Below are positions 38,591-49,979 of a DNA stretch of 64,000 nt, piece after piece. The notes beneath the pieces were generated by a model. It did not search any database, was not told the origin of the DNA, and saw nothing but the letters and a program-made list of their open reading frames with translations. Each line of letters opens with the position of its first letter. Position 1 is the stretch's first letter. Position numbers and translations under genes: made by a program. Source of the DNA: Podarcis erhardii (taxonomy: Eukaryota); assembly GCA_964252035.1 (NCBI GenBank), contig OZ176207.1. One strand, given 5' to 3'.

Positions 38591-41011
38591 CTGTTCTCCA
38601 TTATCTACTGCAGAATCAAAATTGTTTCCTACATTGCCTGTAAAAGGCACAGCAGGTTTCTCACCGCTAAGAACATTGTCTGCCATCTGAACACTGGGTG
38701 TCAGGAAGGCAAACTCATTCTTCCTGGTCTCAGAAGACAGACACAGCTGGTAGGAATAGGGCAAAGTCCCATCTTCAAAGTTGGGTGGGAAGATGGCACC
38801 ATTCTTGGAATGGGGAACAGGACCAAAGCACTGTAGGAACCTGGGATGCCCTGATTGACGGAGCTTCACTGTAACGGCCAGAATCACAGTCAAGAGGAAC
38901 AAGAAGGAGATCACAGCTAAGGCCAGCACCAAGTAGAACTGCAGGTCAGACTGATACTCTGAGTTGCTGGGTTGGCTCTTCATTTCTGGAAGGGCCTCCT
39001 GAAAGTTCTCAGCAAACACCAGGTTCAGAGTCATGGTGGCCGAGAGAGACGGCTGCCCGTTATCCTTCACCATAATGACCAGTCTCTGTTTCACAGCGTC
39101 TCTCTCCACAAAGGCCCTGGCTGTCCTGATCTCTCCAGTATGAGAACCAACCGTGAAGAGTGCCGGCTCAGTGGCCTGAGTGAGGTGGTAGGAGAGCCAG
39201 GCGTTGTGTCCAGAATCTGCATCCACGGCCACCACCTTGGTGACAAGGTAATCTGCCTCGGCCGAACGAGGCACCATCTCAAACAAGGCTGAGCCCTTGG
39301 CTTCTTGTGAGGGGGACAGGATACGAGGGCTGTTATCATTCCTGTCAAGAACAAACACCCTGACGCTCACATTGCTGCTGAGAGGGGGAGAACCCCCATC
39401 TTGGGCCTTCACTTGCAGCTGGAACTCTCTGAATTGTTCATAGTCAAAGGATCTCTGGGCATAAATGGTGCCGGTCTCTGAATTAATGGAGATATAGGAG
39501 GAGATGGGAAGCTCCTCGATGTTGCTGTTGAGGATGGAGTATGTGATCCGTGAGTTCTGATCCATATCGGGATCAGAGGCTTTGATGGTGAGAATGGAGG
39601 CACCTGAAGGATTGTTTTCTGGCACATAGATGTTGTAGGTTGATCTCTGAAATGTAGGGGCATTATCATTGATGTCTGAGATCTGTAGAGAGATTGTATT
39701 GTGTGTGGAAAGAGGTGGATTTCCTCTGTCAGTGGCTGTGATTGTAATATTATAAGCAGGAGCTATTTCTCTGTCCAAAGGACTGTCGGTCTGGAGTTTG
39801 AAGTAATTGTTAGATGAGGGAAGAACTTTGAAGGGTAAATCATCGTTTAAGTAGCAAGTAACCTTTCCATTATCTCCACTATCTCTATCATTCACATTGA
39901 TCAGTGCAATGATTGTTCCTGGCAGAGAATCTTCAGGAACAGGACTGAACATGGAGGCTAATGTCACATCCGGGGCATTATCATTCTCATCACGAACCCG
40001 TATCTCAATATTAGAATGTGTCACCAATCCACCTCCATCTTTTGCAGCAACTGTCATAGTATATTCATCATCGTCCTCAAAATCCAGTTGCTCCAGAAGA
40101 GTGATTCTACCACTGATGGGATCCAGCCTGAATTTCTGTTCAGCAGTGGCCGGTATGTTGCTAAAATGATACCTGATTTGGGCATTTGTACCTTCATCCT
40201 CATCAGAGGCTGCAACCTGGAGCACAAGTGACCCAACAGGAACATTTTCAGATAAGCTGAGCTTGTATACCTCTTGAGTGAAAACAGGTGGGTTGTCATT
40301 GGCATCTGTGACATTAATCTGTATCTGTGCTGTCCCAGTCTTCCTAGGCTCACCCCCATCCATAGCTGTAAGAACCAAGTGAAGGGTCTGTTCACGTTCT
40401 CGATCAAGAGGGTTCTGTAGCACCAGTTCTGCATATTTATTTCCATCTTTCCTTTCTCTAACTTCCAAAGAGAAATACTGATTGGAGCTCAGCTGGTAAT
40501 CCTGGAGAGAGTTCATCCCAATGTCAGGATCTTCCGCTTTCCCAAGGAGAAAGCGGGCCCCAGGCAAGGTTTGTTCTCCTGTCTCCAAGTTGATGTTGCC
40601 ATTGAGGAATTGGGGTGCATTATCATTAACATCCTGGATTTCCACTAGTACATGAAAAATATTCAAAGGGTTTTCTACTACAACTTCAAAATTAACAAAG
40701 CAATTTGGATTTCTGCCACATATCCCCTCCCTATCAATCCTGTCATTTACATAGAGGTTTCCATTCTCTGCATTGATACTGAAATGCTGCATTTTAGCCA
40801 CAGACACAGTGTGCAGATTGCGATGTTTTAGCTCTTTGGTGCTCAGTCCCAGGTCCTTGGCGAGGTTCCCCACAATGGAACCCTTTGCCATCTCCTCAGG
40901 GGTTGAATAATGAATCTGCTCTGATGCAGCCCAACAGGTAAAAGACAATAGAGAGAGAAGCAGTACTTGCCTTGTGAGTGCCCTGCCATTCCCTGGGTGC
41001 CTTCTCTCCAT
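38591..41011 (-). CDS. PCDHGB: Protocadherin gamma variable exon V7 (gammaB-like, B1 group, apparently chimeric)
   Basis: 812-aa ORF 38573..41011 (MERRHPG...AVDNGEQ). Phase-0 donor CAG|GTAAGG at 38591/38590. Confidence 0.95.
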
Positions 41012-41279
41012 CTGGCTGGTTCTCTCAAAAACAGGCTGCTTCCTTTTCTCAGTTTCCTATGCTTAAGCTCTCACAATGAAGAAGGAAACATGAGGTATCA
41101 CTGAGGAAGAATAAACTGCCTTATTCTTATATTTGTGCAAAGCAAAAGAGATTTTTCCTTCTCTGCAAGAGTTCCCTGTCACTGTACTCTTCAGTTGATC
41201 TGATCTGAACAACAGTGATGGGAGTTACTGCAGTCTAGGAAGCATCACTGGATCTCTATCCTCTCTCTGGCTCTCATAC

Positions 41280-41302
41280 TGGCCAACACTGACACTTAGA
41301 GG
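41280..41302 (-). promoter_or_regulatory. CSE of the V7 promoter, variant core CAGT
   Basis: Minus strand CCTCTAAGTGTCAGTGTTGGCCA, identical to V5. Confidence 0.75.
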
Positions 41303-42072
41303 ACCACTCAAGGAACTGCATTTTGTTCTATGAAAATAGAAGTGAATAAAAGCAGATATTTCTCCAGCACATACTGATACCTTCCTTTCTGCTCACTTAG
41401 TGGAGCATTTGAGAAAGCTTTTCCTTGGTGTTCTTTCTTAGTGTACAGCTACCCTCATTTATGTTCGTGGCTTTTCAGTACTGTGATAATTGGGGTCGTA
41501 TCTAATACTGCAATTACATGAAGGTTATGCACATCTTCATTTTTTATTGGAAATATGGAAACATTATTATTAATATATAAAAATCCAGTTACAGAGTAAA
41601 ACTTTATCTTAAAATTAATGTTTTACGATAATAATTATGCTATAGTAGCACAGGAGCTGTACGTCTACTGTATTTTTGTTGTTGTTGCTTAAATAGAATA
41701 TAAACACCCTCTTGAAATTATTCTCTTTTTTTATCTCTCCTAAGTTGTTGGATGCCTGTTCATCAACATTTATAGAACACAGCACAAGTTCTTCTCAGGG
41801 TTGGGTAGGAATTCCAAGAGTAACTTACTATTCCAAGAGTTCTCTCTCTGTCTGTTGAGGGTAAGATAAGATGCAACACATGTAGCTTCTGTCTAGACAG
41901 CACTAGGTGATAAAAGTGTGTTCGCTGGTATTGGTTCTACATCAGACTCTGCCCCCTGCCTCCTACCTGCTGGTGCCACACAAATGTCCTTGCTTAGCAG
42001 TTGCTCCCCTGTGATCAAAGCAGGAACCCAGCACAAGTGCAGGACCAATGGCTGTAGTTGCTCTACCAGCAG

Positions 42073-42250
42073 TAAAAAAGGGTAAAGGACCCCTGGATAG
42101 TTATGTTCAGTCAAAGGTGACTATGGGGTGGCAGCGCTCATCTCTCTTTCAGGCCGAGGGAGTCGGCATTGGTCCACAGACAGCTTTCCAGGTCATGTGG
42201 CCAGCATAACTAAACAGCTTTTGGCACAACAGAACACCTTGACGGAAGCT
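42073..42250 (-). mobile_element. Sauria SINE 3' fragment
   Basis: ggtaaaggacccctgga...gcgctcatctc...ggtcatgtggccagcat; it interrupts sequence that is contiguous in the paralogous spacer near 17900. Confidence 0.7.
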
Positions 42251-42711
42251 AGGCATGATCCAACAGGATAAAATGTTTGTTGGCACTTTACACATGATTT
42301 CATATTATGATAATAGCATCATGAAGTTTGGGAACTGAGAACAGTGGAGAGACAAGAGGTGTTAGAAGAAATAAATAGTGTCTAATTGAAAGAGTATATG
42401 ATAGAGGTTTTATTAGAAAATAAGTAATTTACTTTCAGTTTGTATGCATTAAAGGGAATAGCTCCTCTTAATGCTCCATATAACAGCCTACAGGACCATA
42501 AACCCAATCTGGAGATGTGTATGCTATTCAAATATTTTTGCCTGCCATATATCCCCTTGAAACTGGACCCCCACTGAACAGAATTTACATTTCCAAGTGA
42601 TCACAACCAGAGTGCTGCCTAATTTTCAACATGCTTCTAGTTTTTCATCTGCTAGTCTATCACACAGAAACATTGCACACAATTCTATTTCATAAAAACA
42701 CAAAAGCATAA

Positions 42712-42950
42712 AAGCATAAGAAGAGCCCTGCTGGATCAGGCCAGAGCTCTATTGAGTCCAGCATCCTTTCTCCCACTGTGGCCAGGCCAACCAGATGCCC
42801 CTCAAAAGCTCTGCCCTTGGTCCACAGTCAGAGGTGTCTGGTACTAGACATAATATAGCCAACATGACAATGAATTTTTTTCTAATACCCCTTTAAAATC
42901 ACCCAAGTAGGTGACCATCATTTCTTCTTGTGGTAGTGATTTCCATTGTT
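42712..42950 (-). mobile_element. CR1-like 3' fragment
   Basis: agcataagaagagccctgctggatcaggcc...gagtccagcatcctttctcccactgtggcc. Confidence 0.55.
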
Positions 42951-43523
42951 TGTTTGTTTGTTTAAATAAGTAAATTATTTAGAAATGGGTTATATAAAAA
43001 GAAAATGGTTGGGTATACAATTACCATTAAATTTCTATTATGAACTCAAATAAAGCATATAGCCTTCATAAAGATCCGAATAAAGTATGTGGGTCTGCGT
43101 TATCTTGAACTTCATTGCACCAATAAAATATGAAAATAAACACAGAAAGTTATCAGACTGCTTCCCCTCTCTGACTCTTACTGTATTAATTAGTTGAACC
43201 ATTGATAAAATATTCCATGCTGTAGTAATCCATTCCCCTAAAGCTGGTGTTCTTAGCCCCTGCCCTCAGTTATAACAAATAGTTGCTCTGGCCACAGACA
43301 GTTACTGTTGGAGTAATTATCTGTCTTCTGTTGTACTAAATCCTTAAAGTAACTAGAGAAATCAATGAGAGGATCCATTGGCAAAGTGCATCCTGTCATT
43401 ATTTCATTTTCTCTTATTATATCCACCCACAAATTCTTAATTTAGGGACATGCCTCCCAAATCTGTTGCATCCTAGCATTGGTTGAATTGTACTTCCAAC
43501 GTAATTATTTGCTGTACTATAAA

Positions 43524-43628
43524 TTTGACCAAACTGTGGGAGGCAGTGGAAGACTGGAGTGCCTGGCGTGCTCTGGTCCATGGGGTCATGACGAGTCGGG
43601 CACGACTAAACAACTAAACAACAACAAC
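43524..43628 (+). mobile_element. Bov-B 3' terminal fragment
   Basis: tttgaccaaactgtgggaggcagtggaagactggagtgcctggcgtgctctggtccatggggtc...cgactaaacaactaaacaacaac matches the 3' end of the 12.1-kb Bov-B copy. Confidence 0.85.
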
Positions 43629-43769
43629 TAAAATGTGACGAAGCCACAGTAGTGTCATGTACCATCAAAAAATAAACGTATACAAGTGTTTCTTAAGATT
43701 CACACTAATTGTTTGCTGCCATATCCATTTTCACTGATCTGATGTCCCAGACTTCTCTGGCAATTACTT

Positions 43770-44060
43770 TGTTGCATTTAGTTGTCAACAAGGAATTCGA
43801 TAGTTTAACAATGCATTGTATGAAGAAGGTCTTCCTTAAATCTGTTCTGAATCTCCCAATGTTCAGCTTCACCCAATGGCCACAGGCTCCAGTAATATGG
43901 GGGAGGGGAATCTCTCTATTCATTTTCTCTACCTCGTTCATAATTCTATACAGCTGTTTCACTTCCCTTCTTGCATTTTATCTAAACTAAATATCCCTAC
44001 AGAAGTTGTTGTACCCATTGATCATTTGGGATGCCTTTTTCTGTGCTTGCTGTATTTCAC
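43770..44060 (-). mobile_element. Degraded CR1 ORF2 C-terminal fragment
   Basis: The minus-strand peptide GHWVKLNIGRFRTDLRKTFFIQCIVKL resembles the CR1 RT C-terminus. A related remnant lies at about 31800-31960. Confidence 0.6.
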
Positions 44061-44543
44061 ACAACTTCGTTTTATGAATCCTCCAGAGAAGCCACACACA
44101 GCCCAAAATAATACTACAAATAAATAGGAAGCATTCACGTTTTATGCATTCTTCAGTTAAGCTGATCATAACAGGGCAAATAAACTGTGCTTTGTGTGAG
44201 TGAAAAAGTACAAATCCTTATATTTAATTGATGAGGGATGTATAAATAAATATATATTTATGGTGACATGCTAATAACCCACAGGAAGATTGAACACTCA
44301 AGCTCTATGCATGCTTACATTTCTTTTAATTCCTGAGATGAAGACTCACTCTGCCATTATTGCATGCCTCAGAATTTATGCTTCGTCTAGCATTTCTATG
44401 TGTAGGGAAAGTTCTTCACAATCAGAACAACTGCTGTTAACACTGTAATTTTATTTTCCTGACCCCTTTATATAGTAAAATGAAATAAAAATATTAGTTT
44501 TATTCTTATAAGGAGCAATGCTGTTTCTGAAAGCAAAGCTTAC

Positions 44544-46973
44544 CTGCTCACCAACCTCCTCTTTGGCATTGGTATCCCCACAGTTGCCATCCACAAGAAC
44601 CACCTGAGAGCTATCATTGCATAGCAAGTTTTCTGCCACCTGGATATGGGGTTTCGGGAAAGAGATCTGCTCTTTCCTCATCTCTGACGATAGACAGAGT
44701 TGGTAGGAATAAGGTAAAGTTCCTTCTTCATAGTTTGGTGGAAATATGACCTGCGCCTTAGAAAAAGCATTAGGTTCAAAGCATTGGAATAATTTGGGAT
44801 TTCCTGATTGTCGAAGTTTCATGACAATGACCAGTATCACCGTCAGGAGGAATAAAAATGAGATCAATGCCAAAGCCAGCACCAAGTAAAATTGGAGGTC
44901 AGAATGATGCTCTGTGTCACTGGATTGCCTAGTCATTTCTGGAAGTGCCTCTTGGAAGGTCTCAGCAACCACGAGGTTGAGGACCACAGTAGCTGAGAGA
45001 GGAGGCTTCCCATTGTCCTTCACCAAGATGACCAGCTTCTGTTTCACAGCATCTTTCTCCAGAAGGGCTCGTGACGTCCTGATCTCTCCTGTGTGGGTAC
45101 CAATGGTGAAGAGGGTCGGCTCCGTGGCCTGCAGTACTTGGTAGGAGAGCCAGGCATTGTGCCCAGAGTCTGCGTCCACAGCCACCACTTTGGTCACTAG
45201 GTAGCCTGGCTCTGCCAAGTGAGGAACCATCTCAAACAAGGCAGAGCCCTCAACACCTGGGACAGGATAGAGAACGCGGGGGCTGTTATCATTCTGATCC
45301 AAAATGTACACCCACACGGTGGCATTGTTGCTGAGAGAGGGAGAGCCGCCATCTTGGGCCTTCACTTGGATCTGAAACTCCCTGAATTGCTCATAGTCAA
45401 AGGAGCGCTGTGCATAGATAGTTCCTGTCTCAGAGTTGATGGAGACGTAAGAGGAGAGAGGCAGATCCTCCATGTTGCTGTTGAGGATGGAGTAAGTGAT
45501 ACGTGAGTTGCGGTCCAGATCTGGGTCCGAGGCTTTGAGGGCAAAAATGGAGGCACCTGAGGGATTGTTTTCAGGAACAAAGACACTGTAGGTTGATTTT
45601 TCAAAGGCAGGGGGGTTGTCATTGATGTCTGAAATCTGCAGGGAAATGGTTTTGTTGGAGGAGAGAGGGGGGCTACCTTTGTCGGTGGCCGTGATTGTGA
45701 TGTTGTATTCTGAGGCTTTTTCTCTGTCCAATGGACTGTGTGTGAGGATTTTATAGTAGTTCTTTGAAGTTGACACTATTTGAAATGGTACATTACCTTG
45801 TAGATGGCATGTAATTTTTCCATTTTCTCCAGAATCTTTATCCTTTACGTTGATGAGAGCAATTAGTGTTCCAGAAGCAGAGTCTTCAGGAACTGGACTA
45901 GATAAGGAGGCCAGAATGATCTCTGGGGCATTGTCATTCTCATCTATAATCTTTATATCAACATTACAGTGAGCCACTAATCCACCTCCATCTCTTGCTT
46001 CAACGGTCATAGTGTACTTCTCTGTTTCCTCAAAGTCAAGAGCTTCCTTAATTGTAATTGTTCCACTTTGTGGATCTAGTCTAAATTTCTCATAGACTTT
46101 TTCTGGGACTTTACTGAATGTGTAACTGATCTGACTATTTGAACCTTCATCCCTATCAGAGGCTTTTACTTGGAGTATGGAGGACCCCAGAGGGGAATTT
46201 TCCCTCAGGCTAACTGTATAAACCTCTTGAGTGAAGACTGGTGGGTTATCATTGGCATCTGTGATGTTAATCCATATCTGGGCAGTACCAGTTTTTCTGG
46301 GTTCACCCCCATCCAGGGCCGTAAGGATCAACTGAAGCGAGTGCTCACTTTCCCGATCCAAAGGTTTCTGCAGCACCAATTCTGCAGATTTATGGCCATC
46401 CAGACTATGCTTAATTTCTAATATAAAGAACTGATTTAGGCTTAACTGATAATTCTGGAGAGAATTAATCCCAATATCGGGATCTTCAGCTTTCCCAATA
46501 TGAAATCTGGCACCCGGCAATGTGGATTCAATTATATCTAGTCTAATACTGGATTCTAGGAATTGTGGGGCATTATCATTAATGTCTTGAATTGCTACAC
46601 TTACATGGAAAACATTCAATGGCTTTTCAACCATCGCTTCAAAATCAATAATGCAGTGTGTGCTCTCTCTACACATCCCCTCACGATCTATCCTCTCATT
46701 CACATACAGGTTTCCATTTTCAGCATTGATAGTGAAATATGGCTTTTTACCTTCAGAAATGATATGCAGGTTTCTGCTCTTCAGTTCTCTGGCATTTAGT
46801 CCCAGATCCTTGGCAAGATTTCCCACCAAAGACCCCTTTGCCATCTCCTCAGGGATGGAATAGTTAACCTCTTCCAAAACTGCTCCACAGAACAAAGATG
46901 AAAATATCAGAAGTGTTATATGCCTTCCTGGTGTTTGAAAGCTCTTTCCATGGAGGATTCCTCTCACCTTCAT
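44544..46973 (-). CDS. PCDHGB: Protocadherin gamma variable exon V8 (gammaB-like, B2 group)
   Basis: ORF 44451..46997; first ATG at 46973 (MKVRGILH). Phase-0 donor CAG|GTAAGC at 44544/44543. Confidence 0.95.
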
Positions 46974-47212
46974 TTTCCTCTTCTCTTTGATGAGCACAGG
47001 ATTTCAGATTTCCACGAAAACAGGAGATTTTCCCCAGTAAAAAAAGAACTGGATCCTTTGGCTTAATTTGTATATGCTGCAGTGTTTTCTGTTTTCCAGC
47101 TGAAACGTTTTTCCCCCTGCGTCTGCTGGTATTCCCGATGTGCAGTTCAGGACAAAGAGATCTCTCTGCAGAAAGCATCAGTGGAACTTCAGCTGCCCTT
47201 GGATTGCCGCCT

Positions 47213-47235
47213 TGTCCAACAGTGACACTGTGAGT
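47213..47235 (-). promoter_or_regulatory. CSE of the V8 promoter, variant core CACT
   Basis: Minus strand ACTCACAGTGTCACTGTTGGACA. Confidence 0.8.
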
Positions 47236-47789
47236 CTGAAACCGAGAACTGCAATCTTTTCCCAGTGATTTTTCTTCCCTAATTCATGACATTACATAGT
47301 CATTTTTAAGTAATGGCTCAGACCATATTCTCATACAGGTTATTTGAATATGCCTGTTGGAAAGTGTTATCTGTTCACCATTACAATAGGTTAAAAGAAA
47401 TCAGCTTCAAATGAATATTTACAGCAAAGAAAAAGCAGTAATGAATATATAGCACTATTTCCACTATTTCTGTAGAAAAAATCAGAATAGCAGACAGCAG
47501 TATGAGAATGATATTGTTGTTTATAATAAAAGACTTTTAAACAAATTAGAAAAATATTGTATTAGGTATTTCCAGGCATCTTAGACTGCGTGTGGAAAGC
47601 CTAAGGACGTGTCTGAAAATTGTGTTTATCTTTACATAATTTCACTGAAACAATATGGAGACCCCTATTTTGCCAGCGGGGAGTGGGGTTGGGACAGGAC
47701 AACCAGAAAGCTCCTCAGAAATCACTATGGTCCTTTCAGTATTTTAGGAAGCTACATATCGTCTCCAGCTGTCAATGCAACTTCATTTA

Positions 47790-48048
47790 CCGTATTTTTC
47801 GCGCTATAAGACGCACCAGACCACTAGATGCACCTAGTTTTTGGAGGAGGAAAACAAGGAAAAAAATATTCTGAATCTCAGAAGCCAGAACAGCAAGAGG
47901 GATCGCTGCGCAGTTAAAGCAGTAATCCCTCTTGATGTTCTGGCTTCTGGGATAGCTGCACAGCCTGCATTCGCTCCATAAGACGCACACACATTTCCCC
48001 TTACTTTTTAGGAGGGAAAAAGTGAGTCTTATAGAGCAAAAAATACGG
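47790..48048. mobile_element. Tc1/mariner-type (Tc2-like) MITE
   Basis: 23-bp TIRs CCGTATTTTTCGCGCTATAAGAC and GTCTTATAGAGCAAAAAATACGG (2 mismatches), with TA at both flanks. Empty site at about 36044 in the paralogous spacer. Internal 25-bp inverted repeat at 47879-47903 / 47925-47949. Confidence 0.88.
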
Positions 48049-48803
48049 TAATCAAGGAACAAAACTTGCATAAATAAGCCCTGGGTGTTATATGCTGGAC
48101 CTCAAATGTTCTGAGCTTTCCCTTCCATTTTTAAACTTATTTTTCTTTGTTTACATGGTAGCTAAGCACACTGCAATTGCCAGTCATGGTCCTGTCCCCT
48201 AATTCCTTCCAACAGCTAGCACCAACCCTGGCAAGAACACTCCTCCACCCTCACATCTGCCCTACTGGCCATGAGCCCAGAAGTGAGTTGGAGGGGGTGG
48301 TTCATTGCAGGCTTAAGTAACTCAAGTACCTGCTGAGATATCCCACAATACTATGATCAGAAATACAATTGTCCATCTATTCATGCATTCATGTCCATCT
48401 ATTCATGCATTCATGTCATGTAAGCAGCATAGCTAACATGTTGGTAGAGCAGTTCAAGAATTCAACATGCTTCATGTATATTGAGCTGGTCTCATGTAAA
48501 GAACAAAACTGTGAACCAGGAATTCCATAGTATGAATTTTGCCTCTGACAGGAACTCACTTATATAAGAATTATAAGATAAGGTGTCAAATCCAGACTTC
48601 ATCATACTTAAAGTAGCCCGACTTAAATAAAATTGACTTAAATTAGTCTTGCTTGACTAACTTGGTCTAAGGATAACTAATTCTGAATCTGACCCATTAT
48701 ATGCAATGCCCTTTGAAACATATAAATATCATGTAACTATCATTATTATTGTCTAAATCATGAGGCAGAAATACATGATGCAGGCAGTGCAATCTGGCAG
48801 GTA

Positions 48804-49225
48804 GCATTATTGAAAAAACTGACATGGAAATTGAAGATAGCAAGAGGCCAGGGGAAATATGATAACTTTTATGCAGTCTTGGATGATTTTATAGATTATA
48901 CAAACAATGAGGCATGTGGCAGAACGGTGCCTTGGCCTACAGCACAGTTTGGTGTGCATGAAGCACATATTTTATTTTATTTTTCCTCCTTGCCTTTGTA
49001 TAATCCCTGCAGACCAGCACTGCTGCTGATACAATATATATTTGTAGTTGTGGACAACAGTCAAAGAGATGGAGGTTATTACATACCATTTTGTTTTTGT
49101 TAAAATTAAAATGATTTTAGAATATACACTTTAGCAAAGCTCTGTGGAGTATTCGAAGATAACTCTCTGTCTGTATGTAATTGTTTTCTTTTTGTTTTAA
49201 ATAAATTTAATAAATAAATAAATGC
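48804..49225 (+). mobile_element. Possible L1-clade LINE 3' end
   Basis: The peptide EKLTWKLKIARGQGKYDNFYAVLDDFIDY is reminiscent of non-mammalian L1 ORF2 C-termini, followed by a T-rich UTR and an (AATA)n A-rich tail. Family assignment is from recall only. Confidence 0.35.
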
Positions 49226-49979
49226 ACAATTCATGTCTTTAACAAAATATCCCACATTATCTGTCCGTCTGTCCACCTTTCAGACAGTTGTTTAGAAAGA
49301 GCTTTAATGCAATGTGGTTTCACTTAAAGGAATATGGGGGCTGGAAATATCCACAATCTACTCTAGAAGGCCAGTCAGTCAGTCAGTCAATCAGTCTTGA
49401 CTTGACTTTTTTTTTACATCACTCATGCAGGAACACACATGCCTATTAATTTGATTTTATGGAGAAGGAAATAAAGCATAATTTACAGAAACCTCTCAAA
49501 AGTGTATGTCTTTAAAATCTATTGCTTAATTTTTTTTGCTAGTAATACTAATAACAGTGATAGTATTTTCTGCTATATAGCAAGGTGCCCTCCTTTGATT
49601 CTACAGCCAAAATTGCTGCCCCCCCAAAGCCAAGTAATGTGAAAAACAAAGTTCTTTCCCTCACTTTATTTAAGTTAATGAAAGTAGTTGAAGGTCAACT
49701 CCTCAAAATACTAGCTATTCAAATGACAACAAGATAAGTTCTACCAGATGGTTTCAAGGGCATGGCTCGAAGCTTCCGTATGGATGTGTAGCTTCCCCAT
49801 GGAGTGAAAAGGACGCATCCTGATTCATGAAAGCCAAATGATGTAAGAGCCAAACTATTCATTTATATGATGAAAAACAAAAAGGCAGTCACTTTAGCTG
49901 GATAAAAAGCACTGTGACAATGTCATTAATGGCAAAGAATGATGGATAATGGCATTTAATTTCAGAAAACAAACCTTAC

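Noticed and set aside
30720-44450. A single recent unequal crossover explaining the whole [B1-B2]x3 array
   Set aside because: The V8-V7 and V6-V5 spacers differ in length and are much more diverged than the V9-V8 and V7-V6 pair, which is inconsistent with one event.
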